NCBI GenBank assembly: GCA_016218805.1 | Contig: JACRCW010000110.1 | Span: 1 to 36,425, forward strand | From: Deltaproteobacteria bacterium | GTDB lineage: Bacteria; Myxococcota; JACRCW01 | Length of the DNA stretch: 36,425 nucleotides | Direction: 5' to 3' | Shown here: positions 1 through 9,583 of the stretch, one piece after another | How the letters are laid out: the number at the start of each line of letters is the position of its first letter | How positions within the stretch are numbered: position 1 is the first letter of the stretch | Made by a program: the position numbers and the translations under genes | The notes under the pieces: model-generated | Told to the model about the DNA's origin: nothing | What the model saw: only the letters and a program-made list of their open reading frames with translations | Database searches by the model: none

Positions 1-124
1 AGGGCCGTTCAGACGCAAGGGCTTCCTCCACCACGTCGCAGGAAACGGGTTTCGGCTCGTTCCTGCCCTTCATGCGGGAGATGGGGCGGGTGTGCTCGAA
101 CGCACCATGGCGGTCGGGGAACCC

Positions 125-160
125 GGGCGGGGGACGAGCCCGGACGAGCCCCCGCCCTAC
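125..160 (-). repeat. GTAG-type REP-like palindrome (copy 1)
   Basis: Minus strand reads GTAG-GGCGGGGG-CTCGTCCGGGCTCGT-CCCCCGCCC: a GTAG tetranucleotide followed by a GC hairpin. Near-identical copies occur at 10491, 11030, 11160 and 14139. Confidence 0.8.
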
Positions 161-168
161 GACGTGGC

Positions 169-258
169 TCAGGATCGGATCCGCCTCGGGCAGGGCTCCA
201 ACAGTCCCAAGCCACGCAGGTGCTGGAAGACATCGGCGTCCAACAGGATGCCGCGCAT
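169..258 (-). pseudogene. Truncated PIN-domain-like gene stub (29 aa)
   Basis: ATG at 258, 6 nt after the ImmA-like stop, gives MRGILLDADVFQHLRGLGLLEPCPRRIRS*. The hydrophobic-D-x-D-x-F start resembles PIN N-termini. The ORF ends just before the REP copy and is not in the ORF track. Confidence 0.45.
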
Positions 259-264
259 GTCCGG

Positions 265-1450
265 TCAGGCTCCGCGCTCCTGCGCGCTGCCGGGAGGGTC
301 CAGTCCAAAAAAGCCGAGCACATCCTCAAGTGACTCGGTGGGGGCAATGCCCAGGTAGCGGGCAAACGCGTCACGCGGAACAATTCCACGCGAATAGGCC
401 GCGGCCGCGACCTGCGCCGCCACGCCCCGGCGCTCCAGGGGCGCCATGCGGATGGGGAAATCTTCAATGCCGCGCGCCTGCTCCGCCTCCACCCACCGCG
501 GGTGGGGGGAGATCACCCCCTGGATCTCCGCCGGCGGGCGGCCGACGGGGAGGCGGATGGTGGCCGTCTCGTTCTCAAGGTACAGGCGCGCGGCCTGGTA
601 GTGCAGGCCGTGCTCCTCAATGAGCACGCGGGCTGCGTCTTCTTCACGCATCTTCTCCGTCAGCCGGACGGTGGATTCCGGGCAGAGCAGGCGCACCGCG
701 AACGCGTTGGCGCGCTGCTCCACGGGCCGCACCGCGTCCTCCAGGAAGCCGGACACCGAGGCCAGCGGCTGCATCCGGTTCCAGTCCGTCACCAGGTGGC
801 ACAACTCGTGGGCAAGGCTGAACCGGCGCACCAACGCGTTGGTGTTCTTGCCCCGCGTGTTGAGGACCACCGCGGGACCGCGCAACTCATCCGCAAAACC
901 GAGCCCCGCGGGTCCGTCAGAGCCCAGATCCGCGTACAGCACGCCCACCGCTAGGGAAGTACTGGCTCATGAAGTCACGCATTGACGGAATCGGTCGGGC
1001 GCCGAGGCCGAGCCGGGACCGCAGGTGCGCAGCCAGCCAGGCGCCCTGTTCAAAAGGCGCGTCCAGCTGGGCCGGCGGCACCAGGCACGGCAGGGCCTCT
1101 GTGTTCTCGGTGTCCGCCAGTCGCCGCCGCAGTGACACCAGGTCCCGCGCGGCATTCGCGGCGCGGATGATGCGCGCCCGACACAGGTCGCTCACGTCCT
1201 GGAACTCGGTCATGCTGGTGAGCAGGGCAATCCCGTCGCCATCCCGGACCTGCACGGTGTCTTCCAAGAGGACGTCCGAATCCACGCCGTAGACGTCAGC
1301 CAGCTGCTCAAGCTCCGCCACGGATGCCGGGTCCCCCCGCTCGATGCCCATCAGCCGCGCAACGGACATCCGCGCTTCGCTCGCGGCAGTCGCGAGAGTG
1401 AGCGCGGCGAGCTTCTCGCGCACCTCCTTGAGCGACTTGAAAGTTGGCAT
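265..1450 (-). pseudogene. XRE-family HTH + ImmA/IrrE (DUF955-type) zinc metallopeptidase, split by a frameshift near 950
   Basis: ORF 917-1450 carries an HTH (ARLMGIERG..ASVAELEQLADVYGV). ORF 265-948 carries RRFSLAHELCH (HExxH) and EQRANAFAVRLLCP. Removing one base from TAC TTC CCT A GCG GTG GGC fuses the two as YFPAVGVLY. AAGGAG RBS precedes 1450. Confidence 0.8.
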
Positions 1451-1558
1451 ACGCCGCTCCTTTCACGCCCCGTGGCGACGGGTCAATACCCGCCAGCAGC
1501 ATGACATTTCCGGGGCGCGCCCGCAGCGGGGGAGCGCGTGCGCCAGGTGCGTCATCAC

Positions 1559-4075
1559 TCAGCGGAACAGCGCCAGCTCCCCGTCCGGGCCGGTGAAGGA
1601 CAGCTGCAGCGCCACGTCGGGAATGGTCCGGATGCGCCCGTCCGCACCGGGCCAGAAGCGCGCGCGCACGCCACCGCTCCAGCAGCGGCACGGGCTCACG
1701 TACGTCACGCCGCCGCCGTGGGTGAGCAGCGTGGGGCGGACGTCCGCGGCCCGCGCGCCGGGCCGGAGTTCCAGGCCCGGGAAGGCCGCCTCCACGCCCC
1801 AATCCAGGCGCGCGTCACCCACGGGGAGCACCACGGAGACATCCAGGCGGTCGCTCGCACCGGGCGTGACGGGGGCGGGAACGCGCAGGCCGCCCAGCAG
1901 GTCGTCTTCGCCGGCAAGAACCAACGCGGGGGCGCGCGCCGACACCCGCGTGTAGCCGGCATGGACCTGCGGCGAGGCCGCCTCCCCAACGTGGAGACCG
2001 GCCTGCATGAACGTCACCTCGCGGCGCCCCGGCTCCCACGCCACCCGGGCTGACGCCTGCGTGCTGCGCCAGGCGGCCGCGCCGCGCAGGCGCACCTCGG
2101 AACGCACCGCGTTGGACAGGTCCACGGCGCCCAGCGCGTCCGCGTGGAGCACCGGCTCGCTCCCCGCCAGCGACGGAAACGTCCACCGGTTGGCCGCGCC
2201 GGCGCCCACCGCGTGGTAGCGGCCCATGCGATCCCATGCGTCCAGCCACGGCGTCACCGCGCCGCTGGCGCGCGTCCACCACGTCCCGTCATACGCCACC
2301 CACGGCTGCACGCGGTGCCGGATGCGGCCCCCGGACGGCAGCCGCAGCGTGCCCGTCAGCTCCGTCTCGGCGCGCGTGCGGACCCAAGCGCGCGTCACGT
2401 CGGACACGGTTCCATTGTCAGCCAGGAACACGGCCTGGCGCAGCCCCGCGGCCGCGCGCGCCATCCCAAACCGGCCCAGCCGCAGCGGGGCAACCAGTTC
2501 TGGCTGCAGGGCCAGTCGCGTGCCGGCAGAGACCCAGCCCGCGCGGTGGAAGTCCTCACGCGTGGCCCCCACGCCCAGGGGCGCGGCGTGGTCCAGTGAC
2601 AACAGGGCGCGCGCGGCCAGCAGGCTGCCCACCCGCGGCAGCGCGGGGAGCACCGGTACCTCCAGCACGCGCAGCTGCAGCGACGGGACGCGGTGCACCA
2701 GCCGTGCAGACGCACGCCCCGCGAACAACACATCCGGCTGCTGCAGGTCCTGGAAGCTCGCCACGCCCAGTGATGCGCTCAGGTGCGGCGCCCGCAGCTG
2801 CGCCGCGGCCGCGCTGCGCAGGTACGGCGCCACGCGGTCCCCCAGGGACACGCCAAAATCCCCAGGCACGTACCGGTCAGACGCCAGGTTCACGTCCGCC
2901 GCCAACGCCGCCGGCCCCGTGCGTGACCGCGCCAGGAGGCGCCCCGCAAACCGGTCCGGGTACAGGCGCTCACCGCGCGGTGTGCGGGTGGACTGCAGCC
3001 CCACGGCGTCCTCGACGGGCGCGGGCAACCGCCCGGACCGGCCCACGGCACGGTGCGGGTCACGGTGCGCCCACAGGTGCTTGGCATCCCGTTGCCAGGT
3101 GAGCTGCGCCTCCAGGTAGGTGTCCTGCGCCGGCGCCGCGCGTCCCTCCAGGGCCAGGCGCGGGCCGCGCTGCGTGACCATCCCCGGCGCCACCGTCACG
3201 TCGGCGCTGCGCCCCACCTCCACAAACAGCGGCTGTTGCACCCACAGCCCGTCCTGCAGCCGCACCTGCGGGAACAGCAGCCCGGACTGACGCCCGCCCA
3301 GCGGCACCATCCAGAACGGCAGCACCAGCACTGGCACGCCGGCCACCTCCACGGTGGGGAGCCACAACCACGCGCTCTCCTCCTGCACCACCGTGGCGGA
3401 CCGCGCCCGCACCGCAATGGGCGCGGGGCCCTCGCGGCAGTCACACGTGGTCATCCATGCCTCCTCCACGCGCAGCTTCCCCGGGGACAGCAGCGTCACG
3501 CGGCGGCCTGTGAGCTTCGCAGTCGCGGGGGACGGCGGGCGCATGCCCAGCCGCGCCACGGCATCGCGCGTGGCCGCGTCCATGGGCGCGTGCACCGCCA
3601 GTTCCACGTCGTGGAGGCTGCCCGTGCCGCGCGCAGGAAACAGCACCACGGAACTGCAGCGCGCCACCTGCGTACCGTCCGCCACCACCACCGGCCCGGC
3701 GGACTCCACCCGCCCGCCGTCCACGTGGATCGTCATCTCCGGCGCCGCCACCACGCGGTCCGGCGTCGTGACGACAACGCCACCGGTGGCATGCAGCGTG
3801 CGCGCGGCAGGGTCCCACCGCAGGGTCCCCGCGGTGATGCGCCACGCACCGGCACCGGGGGGCGCGGGCAGGTCCATCGGGAGCGCTCGCGGCGGCGCGG
3901 GCGCGGCCGGTGCGGCGGTGTCGGCCGGCTCAGGCGGGAGTGCGGGGGCGGGGATGGGCGCGTCGTCGCCGGGCGGCGCCGCGGGGAGCGGCAGCTCGTC
4001 ACCCCAGGACGGGCGGGCCAAGCCCAGGACGGCCAGGGCCACCCCGGGCGCCACGCGGAGCGCCCCGCGGCTCAT
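1559..4075 (-). CDS. lptD: LPS-assembly outer-membrane protein LptD-like
   Basis: Signal peptide, OstA-like N-domain, TTCDC...VPVLVLP...RQSGLLFP motif, beta-barrel-like C-terminus with SPCRCW cysteines. Confidence 0.8.
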   Translation of the reverse strand: MSRGALRVAPGVALAVLGLARPSWGDELPLPAAPPGDDAPIPAPALPPEPADTAAPAAPAPPRALPMDLPAPPGAGAWRITAGTLRWDPAARTLHATGGVVVTTPDRVVAAPEMTIHVDGGRVESAGPVVVADGTQVARCSSVVLFPARGTGSLHDVELAVHAPMDAATRDAVARLGMRPPSPATAKLTGRRVTLLSPGKLRVEEAWMTTCDCREGPAPIAVRARSATVVQEESAWLWLPTVEVAGVPVLVLPFWMVPLGGRQSGLLFPQVRLQDGLWVQQPLFVEVGRSADVTVAPGMVTQRGPRLALEGRAAPAQDTYLEAQLTWQRDAKHLWAHRDPHRAVGRSGRLPAPVEDAVGLQSTRTPRGERLYPDRFAGRLLARSRTGPAALAADVNLASDRYVPGDFGVSLGDRVAPYLRSAAAAQLRAPHLSASLGVASFQDLQQPDVLFAGRASARLVHRVPSLQLRVLEVPVLPALPRVGSLLAARALLSLDHAAPLGVGATREDFHRAGWVSAGTRLALQPELVAPLRLGRFGMARAAAGLRQAVFLADNGTVSDVTRAWVRTRAETELTGTLRLPSGGRIRHRVQPWVAYDGTWWTRASGAVTPWLDAWDRMGRYHAVGAGAANRWTFPSLAGSEPVLHADALGAVDLSNAVRSEVRLRGAAAWRSTQASARVAWEPGRREVTFMQAGLHVGEAASPQVHAGYTRVSARAPALVLAGEDDLLGGLRVPAPVTPGASDRLDVSVVLPVGDARLDWGVEAAFPGLELRPGARAADVRPTLLTHGGGVTYVSPCRCWSGGVRARFWPGADGRIRTIPDVALQLSFTGPDGELALFR

Positions 4076-4087
4076 GGTGGGGTTCGC

Positions 4088-5665
4088 TCAGCCGGCCGGG
4101 CGGGTGAAGGCCACGGTGACCACGTTGCCTTCCTGGCGGCTCTCAAAGGGGACTTCCTCCGCCAGTTCCACGACGATGCGCACGCTGTGTCCCGAGCCCT
4201 TCACTTCCTCGGGGTTGATGCTCTTGATGGCCGTGCGGGGGAAGAAGCTGGTGTCCAGCGAGCGCTGGTTGTTACGCAGCAGGATGCGCGTGTTGTCCAG
4301 CTCAATGGCCACCTTGTTCTGGCCAATCTTGCGGACGTTGAAGCTCACCTTGTCGGACGTGCGCACGGTGACCAGGCTCTGCTCACCCGCGTTCTTGAAC
4401 CCCACAAACGTCATCACGCGCGGGGCACCACCGCCGCCGCCCTCCTCCTGCGCGCGGGGCTCGGGCGCCTTCTCCACGCGGGCGGCCACCGGTGCCGGTG
4501 CGGGCGGCGCCGTGCCGCTTCCGCCAACCTCCTCGCGTTCGCGGTGCGCGGCCGGCGCATCCGCCGCGGACCCGGCCGGGTCCTTGGCGGCCGTCGTCGT
4601 CACCGGTTCGGCGCGCTCGCGGCGGGCCTCCGCGCGGGCCACGTCCTCCTTCATGCGCGCCAAGCGCTCTTCCTCCGCCCGCGCGCGTTCCACGCGCACC
4701 CGCTCCGCCGCATCGCGGTCCGCCTGCTCCTTCTCCATGCGCGCCCGCTCGGCGGCGTCGCGCTCGGCCTTTGCCTTCTCAAAGCGCGCTTTCTCCACCG
4801 CCTCGCGCTGCGCGCGTTCCTTTTCGGCGCGGACCTTCTCCGCCGCTTCACGCTCTGCGCGCGCCTTTTCGGCCGCCTCCCGCTCTGCCTGCTCCCGCTC
4901 CGCGCGGGCTTTCTCCGCCGCCGCCTTCTCCGCCTGCGCCTTTTCCACGCGGGCCTTCTCCGCTGCCTCTTTCTCCGCCTTTGCCTTCTCAGCGCGGGCC
5001 TTTTCCGCGGCTTCCTTCTCCGCCTTTTCGCGGGCCACGCGCTCCTCCTCCGCCCGCGCCTTCTCCGCCGCCAGGTCCGCCGTGGTGCCGGAGACCACCG
5101 GCTGCGCGCCGGGTGCAGACGGAGCGGGAGTCACGGCGGGCGGTGGCGGCAGGGGCTCCGCGGCAGGTACGGCGGGAGCGCCCTGCGTGGGCGCGGGGGC
5201 CGGGGCGGGCTGGGCGGGCGGCGGCGCGGGCGCCTGGGCCAGCAGCGGCTGCGCCGGGCGGGCACCGGGCCGCACGTGGCGAGACGCGGTGAGCCTGAGC
5301 GCGTTGCCGTCGGTATCCACCTGGTAGTCAATCTCGTCGGCGAAGACGATCTCCAACCGCGCCAGCTCGCGGCCGGCGGCGCCCATCTGCACGGCGCGCA
5401 CCTCGGTGAGCAGGCTGCCCGTGGGTGCGGGCGTGCTGGCCGGCACGTTCTTCAGCTGGCTCTTCACCAGGTCCACCACCACCCGCACCGGCGCCTTCTG
5501 CGTGTACGCCTGGAACGTGGGCCGCCGGCTGCCAACGACGACCACCGTGGTCTTCTGCGCGTCCCCGCTGATGTCCATGCGCGAGATGGCGTTGAGCTCC
5601 TGTGCCTGCGCCGAGCCCGCACCGAGCACCACCACGATCACCGCACCCGCCATCGTCCTGTTCAT
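4088..5665 (-). CDS. Secreted protein with two AMIN-like domains joined by Pro-rich and EKA-rich helical linkers
   Basis: Start moved to ATG 5665 (MNRTMAGAV..AQA signal peptide). N-domain VVVGSRRPTFQAY..PVRVVVDL; C-domain ..NKVAIELDNTRI..RSLDTSFF..VRIVVEL; central (E/K/A/R) repeats. Confidence 0.7.
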   Translation of the reverse strand: MNRTMAGAVIVVVLGAGSAQAQELNAISRMDISGDAQKTTVVVVGSRRPTFQAYTQKAPVRVVVDLVKSQLKNVPASTPAPTGSLLTEVRAVQMGAAGRELARLEIVFADEIDYQVDTDGNALRLTASRHVRPGARPAQPLLAQAPAPPPAQPAPAPAPTQGAPAVPAAEPLPPPPAVTPAPSAPGAQPVVSGTTADLAAEKARAEEERVAREKAEKEAAEKARAEKAKAEKEAAEKARVEKAQAEKAAAEKARAEREQAEREAAEKARAEREAAEKVRAEKERAQREAVEKARFEKAKAERDAAERARMEKEQADRDAAERVRVERARAEEERLARMKEDVARAEARRERAEPVTTTAAKDPAGSAADAPAAHREREEVGGSGTAPPAPAPVAARVEKAPEPRAQEEGGGGGAPRVMTFVGFKNAGEQSLVTVRTSDKVSFNVRKIGQNKVAIELDNTRILLRNNQRSLDTSFFPRTAIKSINPEEVKGSGHSVRIVVELAEEVPFESRQEGNVVTVAFTRPAG

Positions 5666-5740
5666 GCGAACACTCCGGGCCTGTACCGACGCGACAGACG
5701 GCGCTCCACGCGGTGGAGACACGGGTCCGCCAAGGTGCGC

Positions 5741-5770
5741 AGGCTACCCACCGCGAAGGCTCGCCGGCAA
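5741..5770 (-). promoter_or_regulatory. Possible sigma70-type promoter for the AMIN-lptD genes
   Basis: Minus strand TTGCCG-N18-TAGCCT in the folC-AMIN intergenic gap. Consensus similarity only. Confidence 0.3.
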
Positions 5771-5869
5771 GTTTTCTGCCTGCGATTTCACGGCGATGCC
5801 GCAACGGGAGGCGCGTGCCGCGGCCGGCTGGACACCCCCGCTAACACGTTGAAATCACCGGTGTTCGCA

Positions 5870-7126
5870 TCAGCCGGCCAGCGGCACGTCGTCGCGGTCC
5901 TCGCCCGTGAAGTGCGCGCGCCACTGGCCCACGGCGTACAGGCTGCCAAACCCGACGACGACCCCCGGTCCCGCGCGCGCCGCGGCCTGGTCCAGGGCAG
6001 CGGCGGCGTCCTGGGAGGCCACCAGGTCACAGGCCAGCCGCGCCCGCACCTGGGCCGCGGCGGTGTCCGCGGGCACGGCGCTGCCCACGCGCGGCTGCGT
6101 CACCACCACCGCGTCGGGTGCGCGCGCGCCCGCCTCCCGCACCACCGCCACCAGCGCCCCCAGGTCGCGCTCGCCGCTCGCGGCCAGCAGCCACACGGTG
6201 CGCGGAGCGGCGGTGATGCGCGGCTCGTCACGCAGGTAGCGGCCCAGCGCGCGCGCGCCGTGCGGGTTGTGCGCCCCGTCCAGGAGCACGCCGGGGGACA
6301 GCCATTCCAGGCGGCCGGGCCAGCGCGTGTTCCCCAGCGCTTCCAGCGTGCGGCGCGCGGACAGGTGCACGCCCAGGCCGCCCGCCAGCGCCACGGCCAG
6401 CGCCGCGTTGCGCGGCTGGTGCGCGCCCGGCAGCGGCAGCGGCCCCGCCACAGCGTCCGTCTCGTCCAGAAACCGCAACGGCGCGCCCACCTTCTCCGCC
6501 ACCCGGGCGATCTGTGCGCGCGCCTCCGGGTCCTGCGGCGCGCTCCACGCCGGCACGTCCCGGCGCAGGATCCCCGCCTTCTCGTGGGCAATCTCGGTCA
6601 GCGTGCCGCCCAGCAGCGCCACGTGGTCGTAGTCCACCGGCGTGATGCCGCAGACCTCCACGGCGGCCGCGTTGGTGGCGTCCAGCCGCCCGCCCAGGCC
6701 CACCTCCAGCACCGCCACCTCCACGCGTTTGTCGGCAAAGTGGCGCAGCGCCATGGCCGTGGTCAGCTCAAAGAACGTGGGCTCCACGCCCACGCGCGCC
6801 GCGGCCACCAGCACCTCGTCGTGCAGGCGGACCACGTCGTCGCGGGTGATCTCGGCGCCGTCCACGCGGATGCGCTCCGTGAAGCGGCACAGGTGCGGGC
6901 TGGTGTACAGCGCGGTGCGCTTCCCCGCGGCGCGCAGCAGCGGCTCCGTGAAGGCGCACGTGCTGCCCTTGCCGTTGGTACCGGCGACCAGCACGGAGCG
7001 GTACGCGCGGTCCGGTGCGCCCAGCGCGTCCAGCAGCGCGCGCACGCGGTCCACGCCCAGCTTCATGCCGCGCCGCGCCTGGCGGGCAAACAGCTCCGCG
7101 AGCACTTCGCGGTACGCGCCCTCCAC
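5870..7126 (-). CDS. folC: Folylpolyglutamate/dihydrofolate synthase
   Basis: VAGTNGKGST P-loop, YTSPHL, TFFELTT, LEVGLGGRLDATN, WPGRLE, LDGAHNP. Confidence 0.95.
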   Translation of the reverse strand: MEGAYREVLAELFARQARRGMKLGVDRVRALLDALGAPDRAYRSVLVAGTNGKGSTCAFTEPLLRAAGKRTALYTSPHLCRFTERIRVDGAEITRDDVVRLHDEVLVAAARVGVEPTFFELTTAMALRHFADKRVEVAVLEVGLGGRLDATNAAAVEVCGITPVDYDHVALLGGTLTEIAHEKAGILRRDVPAWSAPQDPEARAQIARVAEKVGAPLRFLDETDAVAGPLPLPGAHQPRNAALAVALAGGLGVHLSARRTLEALGNTRWPGRLEWLSPGVLLDGAHNPHGARALGRYLRDEPRITAAPRTVWLLAASGERDLGALVAVVREAGARAPDAVVVTQPRVGSAVPADTAAAQVRARLACDLVASQDAAAALDQAAARAGPGVVVGFGSLYAVGQWRAHFTGEDRDDVPLAG

Positions 7127-7129
7127 GGC

Positions 7130-7984
7130 TCAACCCGCCATGAGGTCAATGAGCGTGACCAGCTTGTCGCGCAGCTCACCACGCGGGACCACCATGTCCA
7201 CCATGCCGTGCGTGAGGAGGAACTCGGCGCGCTGGAAGCCCTCAGGGAGCTTCTGGCGGATGGTCTGCTCAATGACGCGCGCGCCCGCAAAGCCCACCAG
7301 CGCCTTGGGCTCGGCAATGATCACGTCCCCCAGCATGGAGAAGCTCGCCGCCACGCCGCCCGTCGTCGGGTCGGTGAGGACGGAGATGTAGGGCTGCTTC
7401 ACTTCGCGGAAGTGCGCCAGCGCGCCGCAGGTCTTGGCCATCTGCATCAGGCTCAGGATGCCCTCCTGCATGCGCGCGCCGCCGGACGCGCTGAACAGGA
7501 TGCACGGGATGCGCTCTTCGCGCGCGCCGTCGTACATGCGGGCAATCTTCTCGCCCACCACGCTGCCCATGGACCCGCCCTGGAACGCGAACACAAACGC
7601 GCCCACCGCCACGGGCTTCCCGCCCAGGCTGCCGTACCCCCACACAAACGCGTCCTTTTCCCCGGTGGCCTTCTGCGTGGACTTCACCCGGTCGCGGTAG
7701 CGCTTGCTGTCCTTGAACGAGAGCGGGTCATCGCTCTCCATGTCCGCGTCACGCTCCTCAAACGTCCCCTCGTCCAGCGTGGCGGCAATGCGCTCGCGGC
7801 CGGTCAGGCGCATGTGGTGGTTGCAGCGCGGGCACACCCGCAGGTTCTTCTCCACCTCGCGCCGGAGGATGACCTCGTCACACCCTTCACAGCGCAGCCA
7901 CAGGCTCTCCGTCGGCGCGGCGCCCTGGGTCTTCTCGGGGCGGGCCTTGCGCGGGCCGGTGTCGGACCGGGCGTACCACGTCAT
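7130..7984 (-). CDS. accD: Acetyl-CoA carboxylase carboxyltransferase beta subunit
   Basis: CEGC..CPRC zinc finger, GGSMGSVVGEKI, SGGARMQEG, DPTTGGV, GFAGARVIEQT; adjacent to folC. Confidence 0.97.
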   Translation of the reverse strand: MTWYARSDTGPRKARPEKTQGAAPTESLWLRCEGCDEVILRREVEKNLRVCPRCNHHMRLTGRERIAATLDEGTFEERDADMESDDPLSFKDSKRYRDRVKSTQKATGEKDAFVWGYGSLGGKPVAVGAFVFAFQGGSMGSVVGEKIARMYDGAREERIPCILFSASGGARMQEGILSLMQMAKTCGALAHFREVKQPYISVLTDPTTGGVAASFSMLGDVIIAEPKALVGFAGARVIEQTIRQKLPEGFQRAEFLLTHGMVDMVVPRGELRDKLVTLIDLMAG

Positions 7985-7993
7985 CGCGTCGCC

Positions 7994-8761
7994 TCAGACC
8001 TCGTAGATGTCGCCGTGGCGGGCCAGGTGCAGCTCGCGCATCCGCAGCGCGCGCAGCTCCTTGCGCGTCTCAGACAGCGTGGGCGGCTTGAGGTGGTAGG
8101 CAAACACCGGGCAGGCGGGCGGCGGCGCCAGCTTCTTGAGTTCCACGGCCAGCGTGGTGGGCGTGAGGTGGCCGGCCACGTCCGCCAGGCGCTGCATGCT
8201 GGTGGGGTAGGTGCACTCCACGAACAGCGCGCGCAGGTCCTTGAGCTTGTTGAGGTGGTCCCAGATGGCCTGCGTGGGCCCGGTGTCCCCGGAGAAGCAC
8301 ACGTGGCCCTGCGGGCCGCCCAGCATCACGCCCACGCTGTCCACCGGGTGCTTGTTCTGCACCAGCGTAATCTCCAGCTCGCCGATGTTGAACTTCTTGC
8401 CCGGCGCGTGGGCCTTGAACTTCAGGGTGGGCTGGCTGGCGGAGGGGACGGAGGTGAAGTCCGGCCACACGCTGTTGTTGAACAGGGACTTCTTGAGCGC
8501 GTCCGCGGTGGCCTGCGTGCAGTGCACCGTGACGGGCGCCTTGCGCCGTCCGAACACGTTGTCCGCAAACGCCCCCAGCTCCGCCACGTGGTCCAACCGC
8601 GACGAGGTGAGGACGATGTCGTCCACGTTCAGCTGCTCGTCCAGGGTCAGGCCGGTGCACAGCGCGCCGGCATCAATGGCCAGCCGCTCGCCCCACAGGA
8701 AGCAGGTGGCGCGGTGGTCGGGGGAAACGCCGCCGTGGCAGCCCAGCACGCGGATCTTCAT
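7994..8761 (-). CDS. Class II 3',5'-cyclic-nucleotide phosphodiesterase-like protein (metallo-beta-lactamase fold) with a degenerate metal motif
   Basis: Start ATG 8761 (MKIRVLGCHGG). AIDAG, HPV, SGDTGPT, GHLTP and YHLKP match class II PDE/MBL proteins, but the HxHxDH position reads TSSRLDH. Confidence 0.8.
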   Translation of the reverse strand: MKIRVLGCHGGVSPDHRATCFLWGERLAIDAGALCTGLTLDEQLNVDDIVLTSSRLDHVAELGAFADNVFGRRKAPVTVHCTQATADALKKSLFNNSVWPDFTSVPSASQPTLKFKAHAPGKKFNIGELEITLVQNKHPVDSVGVMLGGPQGHVCFSGDTGPTQAIWDHLNKLKDLRALFVECTYPTSMQRLADVAGHLTPTTLAVELKKLAPPPACPVFAYHLKPPTLSETRKELRALRMRELHLARHGDIYEV

Positions 8762-8844
8762 GACCTCGGGTCTCCGTTCTTCTGTTGTCCGGGGGGGAAT
8801 GCATTCAGGGAAGTGGCAGCGCACGCCGGTTGCGGCGCGCCGCC

Positions 8845-9495
8845 TCAGATGTCCCCGAACTTCTCCTTCATCTCAAGGAACTCCAGGAACTCGCGCAGCT
8901 TGTTGGCGTCACCCACGACGATGCCACCCGACTCCAGCGTGGCCAGCTTGGCGCGCACCAGCTTCTGCAGCACCTCATCAACCTTGGCCACTTCCAGCCC
9001 CACCTTGCCGGCAATGTCCACCGGCGTCATGGACACCAGCCACCCGCCGGGCATCTGCTTGCCGGTCTTGGAGGCGTGCGCCAGGAAGTGCACCACGCGG
9101 CTGTTGTGGTCCTTGAGCAGCAGGTTCTCAATCTGCTTGTCCGCCTCATCCAGGCGCTTGGACAGCATCTTGATAATGCGGATGGCAATCTCCGCGTTGC
9201 CGCGCACCATTGCCTCAAACGTCTTGGGGTCAATGACCAGCAGCTTGCTGTCTTCAATCGTCGTGGCGTTGGCGGAGCGCGGCTTGTCGTTGAGGATGCT
9301 CATCTCGCCAAAGAACTCACCGGCGCCCAGCTCCGTGAGCGTCTTCTCCACGTCCCGCACGGTCTTGGAGATGCGCACCTTGCCGGACTGGACCACGAAC
9401 ATCTCTTTGCCCAGCTCGCCCTCCTTGAACAGGAGCGTGCCCGCGGGGAAGGCCTTGCCGAAGCGCTCAAAAAGGGTCTGGTTCTGTTCCGACAC
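8845..9495 (-). CDS. Crp/Fnr-family cyclic-nucleotide-binding regulator
   Basis: LFKEGE..MFVVQSGKV, phosphate-binding cassette FFGEMSILNDKPRSANA, C-terminal winged HTH (DIAGKVGLEVAKVDEVLQKL). Confidence 0.9.
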   Translation of the reverse strand: MSEQNQTLFERFGKAFPAGTLLFKEGELGKEMFVVQSGKVRISKTVRDVEKTLTELGAGEFFGEMSILNDKPRSANATTIEDSKLLVIDPKTFEAMVRGNAEIAIRIIKMLSKRLDEADKQIENLLLKDHNSRVVHFLAHASKTGKQMPGGWLVSMTPVDIAGKVGLEVAKVDEVLQKLVRAKLATLESGGIVVGDANKLREFLEFLEMKEKFGDI

Positions 9496-9583
9496 GGCCC
9501 CTCACTCCTTCCCAATTGCAGGACAAACGGGAGAGCCCCTGTACGCGCGCGGTGCCGTGCAAGTCAACACGGACCGGGACTGG

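Noticed and set aside
9535..9570. Promoter upstream of crp (TTGACT..TACAGG on the minus strand)
   Set aside because: The -10 match is too weak to support a call.
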